Source: Acanthaster planci (lineage: Eukaryota). From it: a DNA stretch of 64,000 nt. A model generated the notes under the pieces. The model searched no databases, had not been told where the DNA came from, and worked only from the letters and a program-made list of their open reading frames with translations. Made by a program: the position numbers and the translations under genes. Of this stretch, positions 13,523 through 25,833 are shown in pieces; the stretch's first letter is position 1, and each line of letters starts with the position of its first letter. The DNA lies in the NCBI RefSeq assembly GCF_001949145.1, contig NW_019091358.1, forward strand, positions 1,808,240 through 1,872,239, given 5' to 3'.

Positions 13523-16500
13523 TACAGGTACGTGGCGGGTCTTTCTGTTTGACATCAAAGGTATTGTTGATATCCGACATCCACGTGCGGTCTTGTGTTT
13601 GTAAAATGTGGGGATAAGTTTTGGCTCGATATTTGACAGCCACATGGGTTTATAAGGGGTTCATACGTGGGAATGAACATCAATATTCAATATTAGACAT
13701 TCTCGCAGGTTTGGACATCAAATATCTGGGTAAACTGGTTATTCAATATCTACATAGATTTCTACAAATATAAATCCACATAGGAAACCATAACTTAAAG
13801 GATTTTTCTAATTTTGTCGGAAATGCATGCGGGCCTACAGAAGAAAAAAAATAGTATCCTTTCTACCAAATTCGTATTTTTCTACGCATCGACATTACGA
13901 TGTATTCGCTCCCTTCATTCCTGCGCAGAATCGAGAGACTGGTGTTGTGTATTAAACTTTTCAGGGGTCTAATCGATATGGCACCACGTGCTAGGCACCA
14001 CTGGCGCTCAGGGGTCGGCGAATCGTTATTTCTTCATCACTGCCTAGATAGTATTTTGTATGCACGGGGCCCAGGTCCTAAAGGAACCGGTGCACGGCGA
14101 TCCTCAAGCATTTTGGAGCTTTCCAAGTGCTTTTGGTGTACGGGGACCTCATTCCGAGTCGGTTGACAATTTTTTATTACTTCGTCAAACTTCGAAGAAG
14201 ATCCCCAGCGTTCATGTCTTGCTATAGAGGAGCAATATACTACTATTGCCTTTGCACCTGTGCGTTTTTACCCACTGCAGTCAGAAAATATGGACACGAA
14301 CTTTGGAGCTTATACGTGATTTGTTATTGTGACGACCGTTCATGACGTGACCTCACTTTTCTGGCTCTCTCTACAGGCTAGCCGCAGCTGCAATGAATTT
14401 GGCTGAAACTGTTGATGTGATACGAGGCCATTATCAATTGCAGTTTCTTTCGATACTAGAGTTGAAGCCAATCAAGTCTGAGCCGGTGACGCACCCAGGA
14501 TTTGTCAGGGGGAGGGGGCTTGGACCGTAATTTATCACCAAATATAGCTTTTGATGTTCGAGTCTCCCTTCGGCGGTGCCACGGGGGACATTGGTGTACG
14601 GTGCTATCTGTTTGAGATGTACTTGGACATTGTAGCTCCATTTGCCAGAAAAAAGGAAACCAATTGCAGGGTTCGAGCCCCACGATGCACCAAAGGTGTG
14701 CCACTGTAAACTCTGCGCAACAACCACACGAGAGTCGAACCTTTAGTCGACATATTGACGTCAAGAAAAGCAGACAAAAGCGCCGAACACTCCCCTTAAA
14801 TGCTGAAAACACCAAATTACACAGAGAAGCCTTCTTGCACTGAAGATAACACATAAAATTGGGGAGATTCACGGTACAGTTCGGCACGAAGAGGTTTCCA
14901 CATCTCTCAAGTTGATGTCTAACAAATGCATGGCTGCCTTGCGATTTGCACGTGAGCGTTTGTTAATGGTCCACTTAGGGATGGGACATTGCTTGCTGTT
15001 AAATCTGCTTAAAAGGAGAAGAATTAATCAAAACAGCTACTGGAAATACACTTACGAATCTTTTTCCCTGGCAAACATTGGGAATAAATCAAGTTACCGG
15101 CACTCAGCCGGTGAACAGAATTCATCACCTAGTTTACACAATCACGGCAAAAGACTTTTCCGGAGCAACCTCTTGGTGGCGCACTGTGTTGCAAATCGCC
15201 CAAATTGACGTAGGCTTACCAGTTTAACTTCCAGATGGTATAATCAGAGTGGCGTAACGGGGAGGGAGGGGGAATCCCCGCGGACGTCAGTGCCCCCTGG
15301 GTGCCCCTATTTGAAATCCGTGAATAATCTCCTTTGAGTTTATATATCTATGCTGCTCCAGCGTATTTTCTTGAGGTGTCCCCTTGAAAAAGGAAACCGA
15401 GATTAATCTGTTTCTTGAATGTGACTGATTATGTCTGTCAATGGTGAATTTAATCTTTTCAGTATAATTTCCTCTTTCGTATGACATCAAGATATTTACA
15501 TTTCCCTCACACAAGATTGCACAGAAAGTGGATAATGGTCAGAAACGGTTTTCAACCGGATACATCACTGGTTTGCACAGCGCGAAGCATTTCTGAAGAA
15601 TGAAACAAAATTTCCAGTAAATACACGATCAAAAGCATTTATTCAAAGACAACCACAGTAAGGGCTTCTTGCTGAAGCCTAATCCCAGTGTCCTTCAATA
15701 TGCCCCCAATTTCTTTCAACGCAAATGTCTGACCTTGTTTCCATCGCTTTTAAATGGGCATTATGCATTTGGAAGATTCAAGTAAATATTACGTAATTCT
15801 GACAAAAAACATCTCTGGACAGTATGAACTCAACACCAAAAGAGCTATTCGGTGCAAAGTCACTTCTAAGCAGTCATCTGCAACGTTTCTCGGCATTTGT
15901 AATCAAATTTGCATTGCAATGAAGAATTACGTTATTATCCAGGCTTAAAAGTGTTTGATAATCGACGATCAGAGGTGTGCAGTTTAGCACCACAAGAAAT
16001 GGAAACAAGAAACCGTTTGCTGCGGAACAACAGGTAGTTCCCTTAATACCAGCGAACGCACACCCTTCCAAGCACAAGCATGACAAATTCAAATTTTATT
16101 TGTTACGCCGACCTGAAATATATTTCAATAAGAAAAACTGCCAGTTTTCTCGGAGAGTGTTACTTTGATTAAAGTGCATTTTTACTGGATGCAGAATATT
16201 GCCATTCACCCACCAGCACTTTTGTTTTGACGATTCGTCACCATGGTATCCACAAAGAATGCCTCTGGGTCAATCATTCCCAACCTATTTAATCTTGCCT
16301 TTTTGAAGTGTGCTTTTCCTATCGAGTTTACTGCGTGGCAATTGATCAGATATTTGCACAAGGCTACTCGAGGGATTTCATTGACGCATTAAAACCACTG
16401 TTTATTCTTTAAGAGAACGTCTCTTTTCTTTTTGTTTCAATTGTATTGGATTTTAATTACCTTAAAAAGCGAGAGGCAACAATAATTTTCGGTTGCCATG

Positions 16501-17544
16501 GCCATTTATTGTATGCAGAATGATGCACAAAAGCTACCATATGATTAGCTTTTAAACATCTCAGCGCAGTACTTTATTCTTATGAGCAATGGTGCCAAGA
16601 CACTTGAAAGATTTTTCATGTGACATAACATGACTGGCAAAGTCATTTCAGCGAGCGTACCAGGTCCATGGAGGCGCGTGCATTTTCGAATATTAGCATT
16701 TCTATTGACATTTTCATGTACACAACAGTGTCAAGAGACTTCAAATACGCCCGCGCTTCCGGGTATATACTTTGTAAATTGAACGCTGACCATTAAAAAT
16801 CATGAGACTAAAATTCTTCTTTGGGCACCATGACGGAACACTTTTCATTTTATTATTATTAATCATTCATCACTTTTACCTTTTTAAGATTTACAATTTT
16901 GGCGATGTTTACTTGTTAATGTCTACTTTCACATGTAGCTTTGTCTATCTATTTTCAACACTTTCTTTTTTATTTCAATACTCGCCTTCGAAACAAAATA
17001 AAAGGGACACATAACAACAAATAACAATCCGTAAATAATTACTGAGAATATCTTCCTGGAAACATGCCTATCAGTACCTGCTACGGAAAATACCAAAGTC
17101 AGTATTTTTCAAATGAAAAAAAATACCGTAATAAGTGACAAATTTCCTTTATAACTCATGTAACAAATTTCAAGGCAGGTCGAATGGACAAAAACTGTGG
17201 AATCAATAATGAGCTTATTGTTAAACCTCTTTTCCACCACTATGTTTCCGTAACCACTCTTATAGAGATGTACAATCAACTGTCCAGCGATGGTGATCAG
17301 TACGCGCCTATAACATTAAGTTCAGTTCAGTTCAAAGAAGTGATAAACAGAACAAAAGCTAAGAACCCATCTGGTACACATGGGATACAGTAAAGCTACG
17401 AACCGAGAATTCAAGTCAAAAAAGTCGGAGATGGTGAAGTTGCAAATAACACCTTACACAACAACAACCGGTAAAACAACAAAACAACTGTTTGAGCTAA
17501 GCATCTTCGAATACAATTATTTTTTGGTATACTTTTACATTGAT

Positions 17545-18037
17545 AATAATAATAACAACACATTTCTTATGTAGCGCATCACATAGCACATCTCGATGCG
17601 CTTCACAGTAATATTATGAAATAAAGCAATTAATGAAACAGGTGAGTTTTAAGTAGTGACTTAAATTCGTTTTCATTTTTGACAGTTCTGATATGGTGTG
17701 GGAGAGAGTTCCACAGCGATGGTGATGCATACTTGAATGAACGATATCCATAAGTCTTAGTGCGAGTGACAGGTGTACTGAGCAGCAATGTTGAACTAGA
17801 ACGGAGGGTGCGTTGTGGCTCGTATACTTGAGTGAGTTCACGGAGGTATGCTGGTACTGAACCATGGATGCATTTGTGAGTGAGGAGTAGAATCTTGAAA
17901 ACGATTCGCTCATTGACAGGTAGCCAGTGAAGGCTGCGAAGAATAGGAGTTATATGTTGCCTAGATGATGAACGGGTAAGTTATATGTTGCCTATATGAT
18001 GAACGGGTAAGTTATATGTTGCCTATATGATGAACGG
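17545..18037 (-). mobile_element. 5'-truncated non-LTR retrotransposon (CR1/L2-type LINE), ORF2 C-terminus plus 3' UTR and (ATT)n tail
   Basis: Minus strand translates without interruption as HITPILRSLHWLPVNERIVFKILLL...TLRS...SLWNSLP...FKSLLKTHLFH*, the characteristic post-RT tail of CR1/L2-clade ORF2. Microsatellite tail near 17545. Possible 5-bp TSD TTGAT (17540-44, 18038-42). Confidence 0.9.
17949..18037. repeat. 31-bp unit in ~3 tandem copies at the LINE 5' junction
   Basis: gttatatgttgccta(g/t)atgatgaacgggtaa occurs three times, the last copy truncated. Confidence 0.9.
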
Positions 18038-18579
18038 TTGATTCCCCTGCGTAAAATATTCAGCGGAGAAGCAAACATATGAAAGCAACAAATACATCTA
18101 TTTTGGTATTACATCATAAAAACATTGTCTTTGGAAGAGAAAAAAAAGTGAAAAAAGTGTTATGCCAATTAAGTTTTCTTTCAGAAATGGTTGTCCATCC
18201 AAAACTAAATAACTTGGTTGTCCATCCAATACTAAATTATTATTTGTTGTATGATTATACATGTACATTCTTTCGTTAATATAACCTCACGAGCTTCCTT
18301 GTATAATTCTGTATTTCTTTATAAACCTGAACTTCAAATCGGAGTAAAAAGCGAAGTCATATCACCACCACCAAATACTGTATACGCTTCATTTTGCGAT
18401 GAATGAACATCCTTTCCAAACTAATTTGCAAGAGTAAGTACTGTGTTGGAACAGACTACAGAAGTGACACTCCTGACGTCACACTTACCAACCAGATTCA
18501 CTTTTGGTTGATCATCTGGTTAACCCCGCCAGTCTGTTTCCTAGATAAGGATATCGTTCGCTTGTGTTGCCATATTTTG

Positions 18580-19536
18580 TCATTGCTTGCAAGGGAGGAC
18601 TTTACTGAGTAGTTTGATAAAAGCACAGCGAAACTCGCGGCTGCGGAAAGCATACGTTATGGGGTTCATGGCCGAATTAATGAAAAGAACGTGGTAGAAA
18701 ATGATCTCATACATGAGGAGATCACTCACTGGAAATATAACATCAGCTAAACTAATAATTGCAGCAGGGGTCACCGCTAATAGGAATGTTCCAAATACAA
18801 TAGACAGAGTCTTTGCTGCTTTCAGATCACGGGCAAGGGATCGCTCCCGTTGTTGATTAAAAATCCTGTTTTCGGCAGCAATGCTTCGTTTATGCCGTCT
18901 AGCCACCAGAAATATCCGCGTATACATATATCCCATGAGGGTTGAAGGGATAACAGCAATGCTCACGACCCCAATGAGCCGGTAACTGAATATATGAATG
19001 AAAAGCAAATCGCAATAACCTAAGTTGTAGGTGTTGATGCGGTTCCAACCGAAAAACGGCAACAGACTGAACAGTAAAGAGGCGGTCCACGACGCCACGA
19101 TGAACAGGGCGACTTTTCGAGATGTCATCTGCTGGCCGTACTGCAGAGGTTTGGTGATAGCCAGGAAGCGATCATAGGCCACCACGGTGATGTGAGTAAG
19201 CGAAACAGTTATGGCAATAGTTGTCATCATACTGCCTGCGATACATAGCCATGCGGACACGTTGGAGATCAGTCCCAGAGCAAAGAGCGCGTCAACCGGT
19301 AGACATACAAATGCAACGAATAGATCAGCTACAGCGAGACTGGCCAGGAACACGTTGGTGGGAGTCTGCAGTCGGTGGTAGGTGGCCACGGAGAGGATGA
19401 CCAGCGTATTACCGAAGGTGATAGCTAGAAATAGGGCTGCATCTATGCTAAGAAAAAGTACTCGCTCTTTTGTTGAGAAGGAATTGTGTGGCTTGCTCAG
19501 TGCTGGCACAGTTTCATTTTCCATCCCAAAGAACAT
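18580..19536 (-). CDS. Intronless rhodopsin-like (class A) orphan GPCR, copy B, 318 aa
   Basis: Seven TM segments with GNTLV, LAVAD, DRF, W4.50, GYCD in ECL2, KAAKTL, NSAMNPITY and FRSREFR. NET sequon. Clearly paralogous to 9507-10499. Confidence 0.95.
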   Translation of the reverse strand: MFFGMENETVPALSKPHNSFSTKERVLFLSIDAALFLAITFGNTLVILSVATYHRLQTPTNVFLASLAVADLFVAFVCLPVDALFALGLISNVSAWLCIAGSMMTTIAITVSLTHITVVAYDRFLAITKPLQYGQQMTSRKVALFIVASWTASLLFSLLPFFGWNRINTYNLGYCDLLFIHIFSYRLIGVVSIAVIPSTLMGYMYTRIFLVARRHKRSIAAENRIFNQQRERSLARDLKAAKTLSIVFGTFLLAVTPAAIISLADVIFPVSDLLMYEIIFYHVLFINSAMNPITYAFRSREFRCAFIKLLSKVLPCKQ

Positions 19537-20013
19537 TTATAATTAATCGGGTAACTATGTAGGTGTTCAGGACCTATTTGAATGCTTGCTTTTCTCACAA
19601 ATTTGGCAAAACGGTGGTTACAAGTTCGCTTACATTTGTACGATACCAGGATTACCAGGATGTTTAGAAATAACCTGGCATCTAGCTTTACAGTGACTCA
19701 CTTTTGGAGACGATGAGCACTGTTGCTGCTGCAGCTTCTGCAAACCAACGACTTGACTACAAAATTACTACAAGTACTGGTGTCACAGCCGTTCACCAAC
19801 GAATTCTTGATCGTGTTGTATCCACGTGAAATGTTGTTGCTTTCAGCTGCTGGGCTTTGTGTGCACTCCAGTTGAAGGGCCTATGCGTTGGTTCGTCTTG
19901 AATGCGTATCGGTACATTTTTTATATTTGCTTTCTGCGAACCAACAAGATGAACTTGCATCCAGTGATATAAGTGGGGAAAAACCATTGAACGAAACTGC
20001 TGTTTGCAGTCAG

Positions 20014-20069
20014 GCGACCGGGACATCGATCACTTTTTAACAAATTCGATTAAACGTGAAATTATTTAA
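20014..20069. promoter_or_regulatory. Candidate promoter block between GPCR copy B and the synaptotagmin-like gene
   Basis: Similar to 11052-11099. It lies between divergent start codons (19536 minus, predicted 20156 plus) in CpG-containing sequence. Confidence 0.4.
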
Positions 20070-20155
20070 CGAGTTCAAGCAAACGACGGTTGTAGAAACG
20101 TCGGCGAGGTAGTCGTCGCTTATGGAGCAGTGGGGACATCTGGGATTCCCGCAAA

Positions 20156-23100
20156 ATGGCGGGGTACCGCGCAGGTGAAAACAGTCCCCATGGCGACGTA
20201 CGCACGCACCAGCCAGTTAGAGGGTCGGGTTACACAATCTTTTCTTTGATCAGTACGTACGCGCCCGCTCGTTGCACTTGTTTTCATTGGCGCAGTGTGG
20301 TTGCTACCCGCAATTTTGTGAAACTCCCAGATGTCTGCGCTGCCACATACTCAGGAATAGCTGTGACAACAGCTCATGTTTTTTGCTCTACGCTTATCGG
20401 GCCCACGTCGATACTACCCTTGGATTAGAATTTACGTTCACTTGAGTGTGTGCCATAGTATATGGAAATCAAGAACACCTGCCTTGTTGAGCTTCTGAGC
20501 CTTGTATTAAAGGATTGGCCACGCTGTTAATCGAGGACTTGCTAGAGTGGCCGTGAAGTGGATAAAAAAATCGATTGGTTTCTTTACCTTTAAGGGAAGC
20601 CCCAGCTCACTTTAAATGCAAATAAAAATGAACTAGAGAGCGAAGACTATAACAAGTTAAGAATTCTAGAGCCTAAAAATATACGCAGACTTACTTTTCT
20701 GTACTGAACCTCCTCTTTTTTATGTGTGTTGTTCTTGCTCTGCCACAACATTTCAATTGAGAAAAAGATCAGTGATTAACAACAACAAAAATCATCCGTG
20801 GTAAACTGATTGAATTAATTTAAAAAGCTATTGTAATATGAGCAAAATACAAGCTACGAAGGCTATTAAGATTAAAAAATCATCAGTGTCTTTATACTTC
20901 CTCTTTTAGACCAAGTGGACAAGCGACGGACATACTGCGTTGGATACTTGCACATACATACATGTTTTTGAGAATGCATAACTACGCACTTCGTGTTTTG
21001 ATATGTAAAACTCACATTCCTCAGAATGTCGATTATCCGGCTGAACCCTCAGCTTCTGTTTCAATCCATATACATTGAACTTGAATGTCAGATAAACGTA
21101 TTGTCATTGGAGAAAAATAATGTCAGTGTGTGACATGGCAGAGCCTGCATTCTAGCATGTCAATTAATTTTTTAAACTCTTGATGCAACTTAAGTTCACA
21201 AAGATTCCCATTAGGTGTTCAAAAATTATATCCAGCATAACACAGTATACGATTTTAGAGTTAAACTCGTTAGTTTAAACGAAATGTTAACACAAACATT
21301 CTTCCAAAAATTAAGACCCTGACCTTTGGTTTATCTTGTCCTTAGGCAGAAAACAAAACTTTGCTCAGCTTAAAATCAATCATCTTTTTTGTTGGGCACT
21401 GGTATCTAACAACAGAATACCTCTTGCTACCGCAGTTGGATGGATATCCTAGATACCTAATGATTTTGTGCACCCAGCAAACATTCAGTTTTTTTTTTTG
21501 CTTTCAGATGTGGTGATCATTCTTGGTGTTCTGTGTGCAGCGTTTGTCATTATTCTTATCCTGGTAGCAGTTTTCTTATGTCTTCGGATCCTAAAACGGA
21601 GGAGGAAACTGAAGCTTCGGGATGACATGGAGAGAAATCGCCTCCTCGTCGATGAACTCATAGGCAACAACAATACAACGGGAGTACCGGCAATGGCTGA
21701 GAGCGTCATCGTGCTACCGGCACAGCAAGAAATAGACGGTCGAGGGAACTGTAGCGATCTTCAGGCTCAAGTCGCGTGTAGTGGGGTACATTTACAATCC
21801 CCAGGATGTCCAACAGCAGAGGAACCGTCTGGGCGACCATCAATGCCTTCCCGAAAGGCAGACGTGAAGCGCAAGCTGCACAAGCGGAAGCGATGGTCCA
21901 AAACGTGCACAAGAGACGATGCACCTTCCTCGAACCCGACAACCCTGACTGATGATCCCTATCGCATTCGTTCGAAATCACTCGATACCTCACTGCACCC
22001 TCCCTCACCAACAAGCCCTCCTTTGATTCGCGTTGGAAGCTGGCTCTCACTGGACACTGAATCAGACGCCTCCAGCGCGTTTTCCGATTCGATTTCGGCC
22101 TCAGCGTCACTAGCAACTCGCTCTGAGGCAGAGGAAGCAGTAGAAGACACCCGACCAGGAGTAGACCCAAAGCGTCGCAAATCGGGTAAAAGTAACAAAT
22201 TGTCAGGTCGGATCGCACTTGATTACAGTATTTACTACTCCTCGGCTGAGTCCACTCTCGTTCTTTCCGTCAAGGGGATCAAAGGGATACCGATTAAGTA
22301 CAGCCCTTCCTGCACATCGTTTGTGAGGGTGTATCTGCTACCGAAGGCAGGTGGAGGCTACCTTCAGACGTGCACCGTGCGTAATTCCCTGGAGCCTATA
22401 TTCAATGACCAACTGCAATTCAATAAAATTTCACTGCAGGAGGTTTGGGTAAATAGCCTAAGGTGAGTGCTTCGTTAAACAGTTAGACTTTTCCGGCCAG
22501 GCTGAGTTGAAGTAAGAGCAAGTTTTCAAATGGCCATTTAAGCTACCGGTATGTCCACTCGCCTTGTTTTAAACTCTCCATTCGTCCTTTGTCAAAACTT
22601 ATTTGGCTATGGTTGTTTTTTACATGTCGCGAAAGCAAGCTCTGGTACAGTGGCACGTTGTAAAATCTCTCTTTTTGGATGAGTGAGGTTCTAAAGAGAA
22701 CCGGTGGGTTCAAGGTTTCGGAAACGCTGAGTAAACCGGTTTTCTCTGAAACCACATTCACGAAAGAGATTTTTCCTAGTGCTACGGCAAACCTCTGTCT
22801 CATTGCAATTTTCACCATTACAATCCTGTCTTCTGGCACTATGAGTATTAGTCCACAAATATCTTTTCAAAATTTTGTCAATATGACTGGCCGAACTTGT
22901 GTATTCTGCCGGCCAGAGCAGTTCTTGTCATTATGACCAGAGCCCACACACCTAATGTTTACAGTGCATGCAAAGCTTTAAACCATATTTGAAGGAAAGT
23001 CTGTCTGCGTCAGCCATTTTAAAACACTTGATGAGATTAATTTGAATAATTGCTCTGGATTTCCATGTACCTACATTGTCTATTCAAACAGTTTGCAATT

Positions 23101-25833
23101 GTCTTTGTTAGGTTCAAGTTGTACGTAAAAGGACCTAGGGGAGGTCATCATGAAAGCCTCGCAGAGGCAACCAGACACTGTGTGATGCTAATACGGGAAG
23201 CAGATGAAGTTTATGAAGTGACCGAGTCACTGAAGCTCAAGCGCAGCAAATGGATGCGTAGGGTACGTAGTACGTAGCGTATAAAGAAAACTACGTTTTA
23301 TTCTGTAACCACAGAGGCTTTGCGTGGTAGCCATCTTGCAGGGCAGCTCCCCTTTTTTCCCACAAAGAAACCTCTTTTGTGCATACCCTGTGGAACAAAA
23401 GCACTGTCCTACAAAATGGCAGCCATGCAAACCATTCACTGAGCGTATGCGTTGCTCAGGAGATTAAAGATCTGTATTTGTTCAGTCATCATTAGATGAC
23501 GCATTGGTAGACTGTCGAAGTTTGTTGGAATCATGGATACATTTATCGTTGAGTAACTCGAGGACATAATATACTCATATTCTTTCTATATATGTTCTCT
23601 ATCTCCGAATTTGACCACTGTCGTGTTTAGAAATTTAGAACGTGACAGCTAAAAATGCTGGTTTATCTTTGATGTCAGACTAGTCTCCTTGTTTAACACC
23701 CTCCCTGGTGAACGCCCAGAAGCAACACGAGAAGGCTTATAAATTGGTTAATATCTTTGATTTAATGCGAGTGGGACTCGGGTGTGGGTAAGGCTTTGAA
23801 CAAAAAAGTCAGTCCACTGTTAGGATGTGCTTGAGGCTTTACATGGAGTCATACCTTGCTTAAGCTGATGCACCAGCGTTTAAAACATGGTGAGGTACCT
23901 CCAGTAACTTAAACGGTATAAGAACTTTCTAAACGGGAGTTTAAAGGCGGCTACTACATGTCGTAAAATCACCACGGTACTTACCGTTCGCTACCGTACT
24001 CTACGTGCAGTTTTAGGCATTAAGCCTAGATTAGTTTAATAAGGAGAGGTACTAGCTCTGCAACGAAAATGATAAAGCTACTCCATCAGTTCGAATGTAT
24101 AACATTAACCACAATAAGTATAAAATGTTAAAGGGTAACAGAAATTGAAAACATTTAGTTCACGTGAAGTATTAAAAAAAACCAATAAATACGTAACCAT
24201 TTTAAAAAAATCACAAATTTAAAGTTTGCCCCTGGTAATTGCGACCCAAAATGAATAAAAAGATCCTGCGTTTCACCGCCCACGAAAAAAATCCCCTTTT
24301 AGCCATTCACGCTCCCAGTCTGATTCGATGAAGTCGTTGCCGGAACGCTGACACGTACATTTAGTATATTGCGCACAGTACATGCAGTATTGCACGCTTA
24401 CAATGGACCATGTTGTGTTTGATGTAGCTTAGCCAACAGGCACTGTCTCAGTCCAAGGTAGAAATTAAAAGACACAAAGTCCTACCGTGTATTTCTTGAA
24501 CAGAGACTTTTAATTTCAATTACCGAAATGCAAACGTCAACGCTCGCAAGGTAGCACCCTTCCTTCCCAGTTGTGTTTCGTTGTCCCGTCCCTTAATTAG
24601 ACCGGGATACACAGTTGTGCAAAGATACAAAACGTGTTCGTATTTTCCTTTTCAGTCCTTAACAGTGCCTACATTGCAGATCAGTGAGCCGCAACCTAGG
24701 GACAACAGACATCCCACACCCATGACACATTCCCCTGAAGGTCTCAGAGACTTATTTGTCTCAATTCAGTACCAGCCCACAGCCAGTCGATTCAAAGTGA
24801 TGGTGAGAAAAGCCGACCACTTGAGCAAGGGAAGCCATTTACCTGGCACACCACCTTCCATTGGTACGAGAAAGTTGTAAATTATTCCCTAAGGCATTTG
24901 TGGACAATACACCTGAATAAATGTTAAAATTTAGTCATAATGCCAAATGAACATAATTAACACATGATATTACTGAAATATTTTAGCATAATCATTGGGT
25001 ACGATGGTTTTGCTTTTTGTGAAAAAGGGTTAGCTGTTCCATTCCAAAGGATATAGTACCGTTAGGCTGTAAAGACTTACTGAAGTGTGACGTCACTGTG
25101 AACCAGAAAGTGCAGTGTGCACAAACGGAGTATTCACGCGTGTTGGTTCACAAGCTGGTTCCAACCCTAATGCCTTTTACACACACTTCTGCGCGTGACG
25201 TAAACTCACTTTGGTACTCTACTGAGGATTTTCAGTCACGTGATTTTTAACGGACAGCGTTCAATTTTACACAGATATGGTACGCTTCTGTAAATGCCTT
25301 TGCCCATCATGTTATGTCACGTGAAAACCATATACCACGACTCTTATGACCGCAGGGCCAAGGAGTCTATATAAACCTATACTACAAAGCCATCCAGATT
25401 TATTAAAAGATAACAATAAATGAGATTTACTTCATGGCTCTCCGGTGTTGTCAGAGTAGTTACAGGAGTTCTTTGGAGAAGAATTTCTATAGTTCTTTAT
25501 ACTCTTTTGTTTCCCTCAGCGCACTATGTTTGTGTTAATTTGCTCCGTAACAAGGAGGCTGTCATCCAATCTGAGACAACCCGTTCTCTAACTGGTTCAG
25601 AGCCTGCATGGAACCAACCTTTCCTCCTGCATCTTAACCGGGACCAGGATCTGACGGACTATTCCATAGAGTTTGTAGTGATGAGAGTCAGATTTCATTC
25701 AAGCGGCCGTGTGCCAACAGGACGCGTAGTAATCGGCCCAAAAGTCGAGGGCACGGGGGGCTTACACTGGGACGAGGTTGTAAGACCGAGACTGACTGAG
25801 GTGTCCAGGTGGCATGCCATTCAACCAATGTAG
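20156..25833 (+). CDS. Synaptotagmin-like protein (N-terminal TM, long Ser/basic linker, tandem C2 domains), ~548 aa, 5 exons
   Basis: Exons: 20156-20174 (tentative; MAGYRA+G, aaaATGG context, phase 1), 21508-22462, 23112-23262, 24656-24863, 25520-25833. All introns are GT-AG with matching phases; total 1647 nt = 549 codons. TM VVIILGVLCAAFVIILILVAVFLCL is followed by KRRRK. C2A: YSIYYS..FVRVYLLP..LEPIFND..LRFKLY. C2B: LFVSIQYQPTASRFKVMVRKA..PAWNQPF..GRVVIG..HWDEV..RWHAI. Confidence 0.85.

Noticed and set aside
14434..14887. Minus-strand ORFs of 97 and 143 aa
   Set aside because: They overlap repeat-like and SINE-like sequence and show no protein-family signal.
17949..18037. CRISPR-like 31-bp repeats
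   Set aside because: No spacers, eukaryotic context, and the unit derives from LINE coding sequence.
21485..22218. Minus-strand ORFs inside the synaptotagmin-like exon 2
   Set aside because: Antisense shadows of the coding exon.
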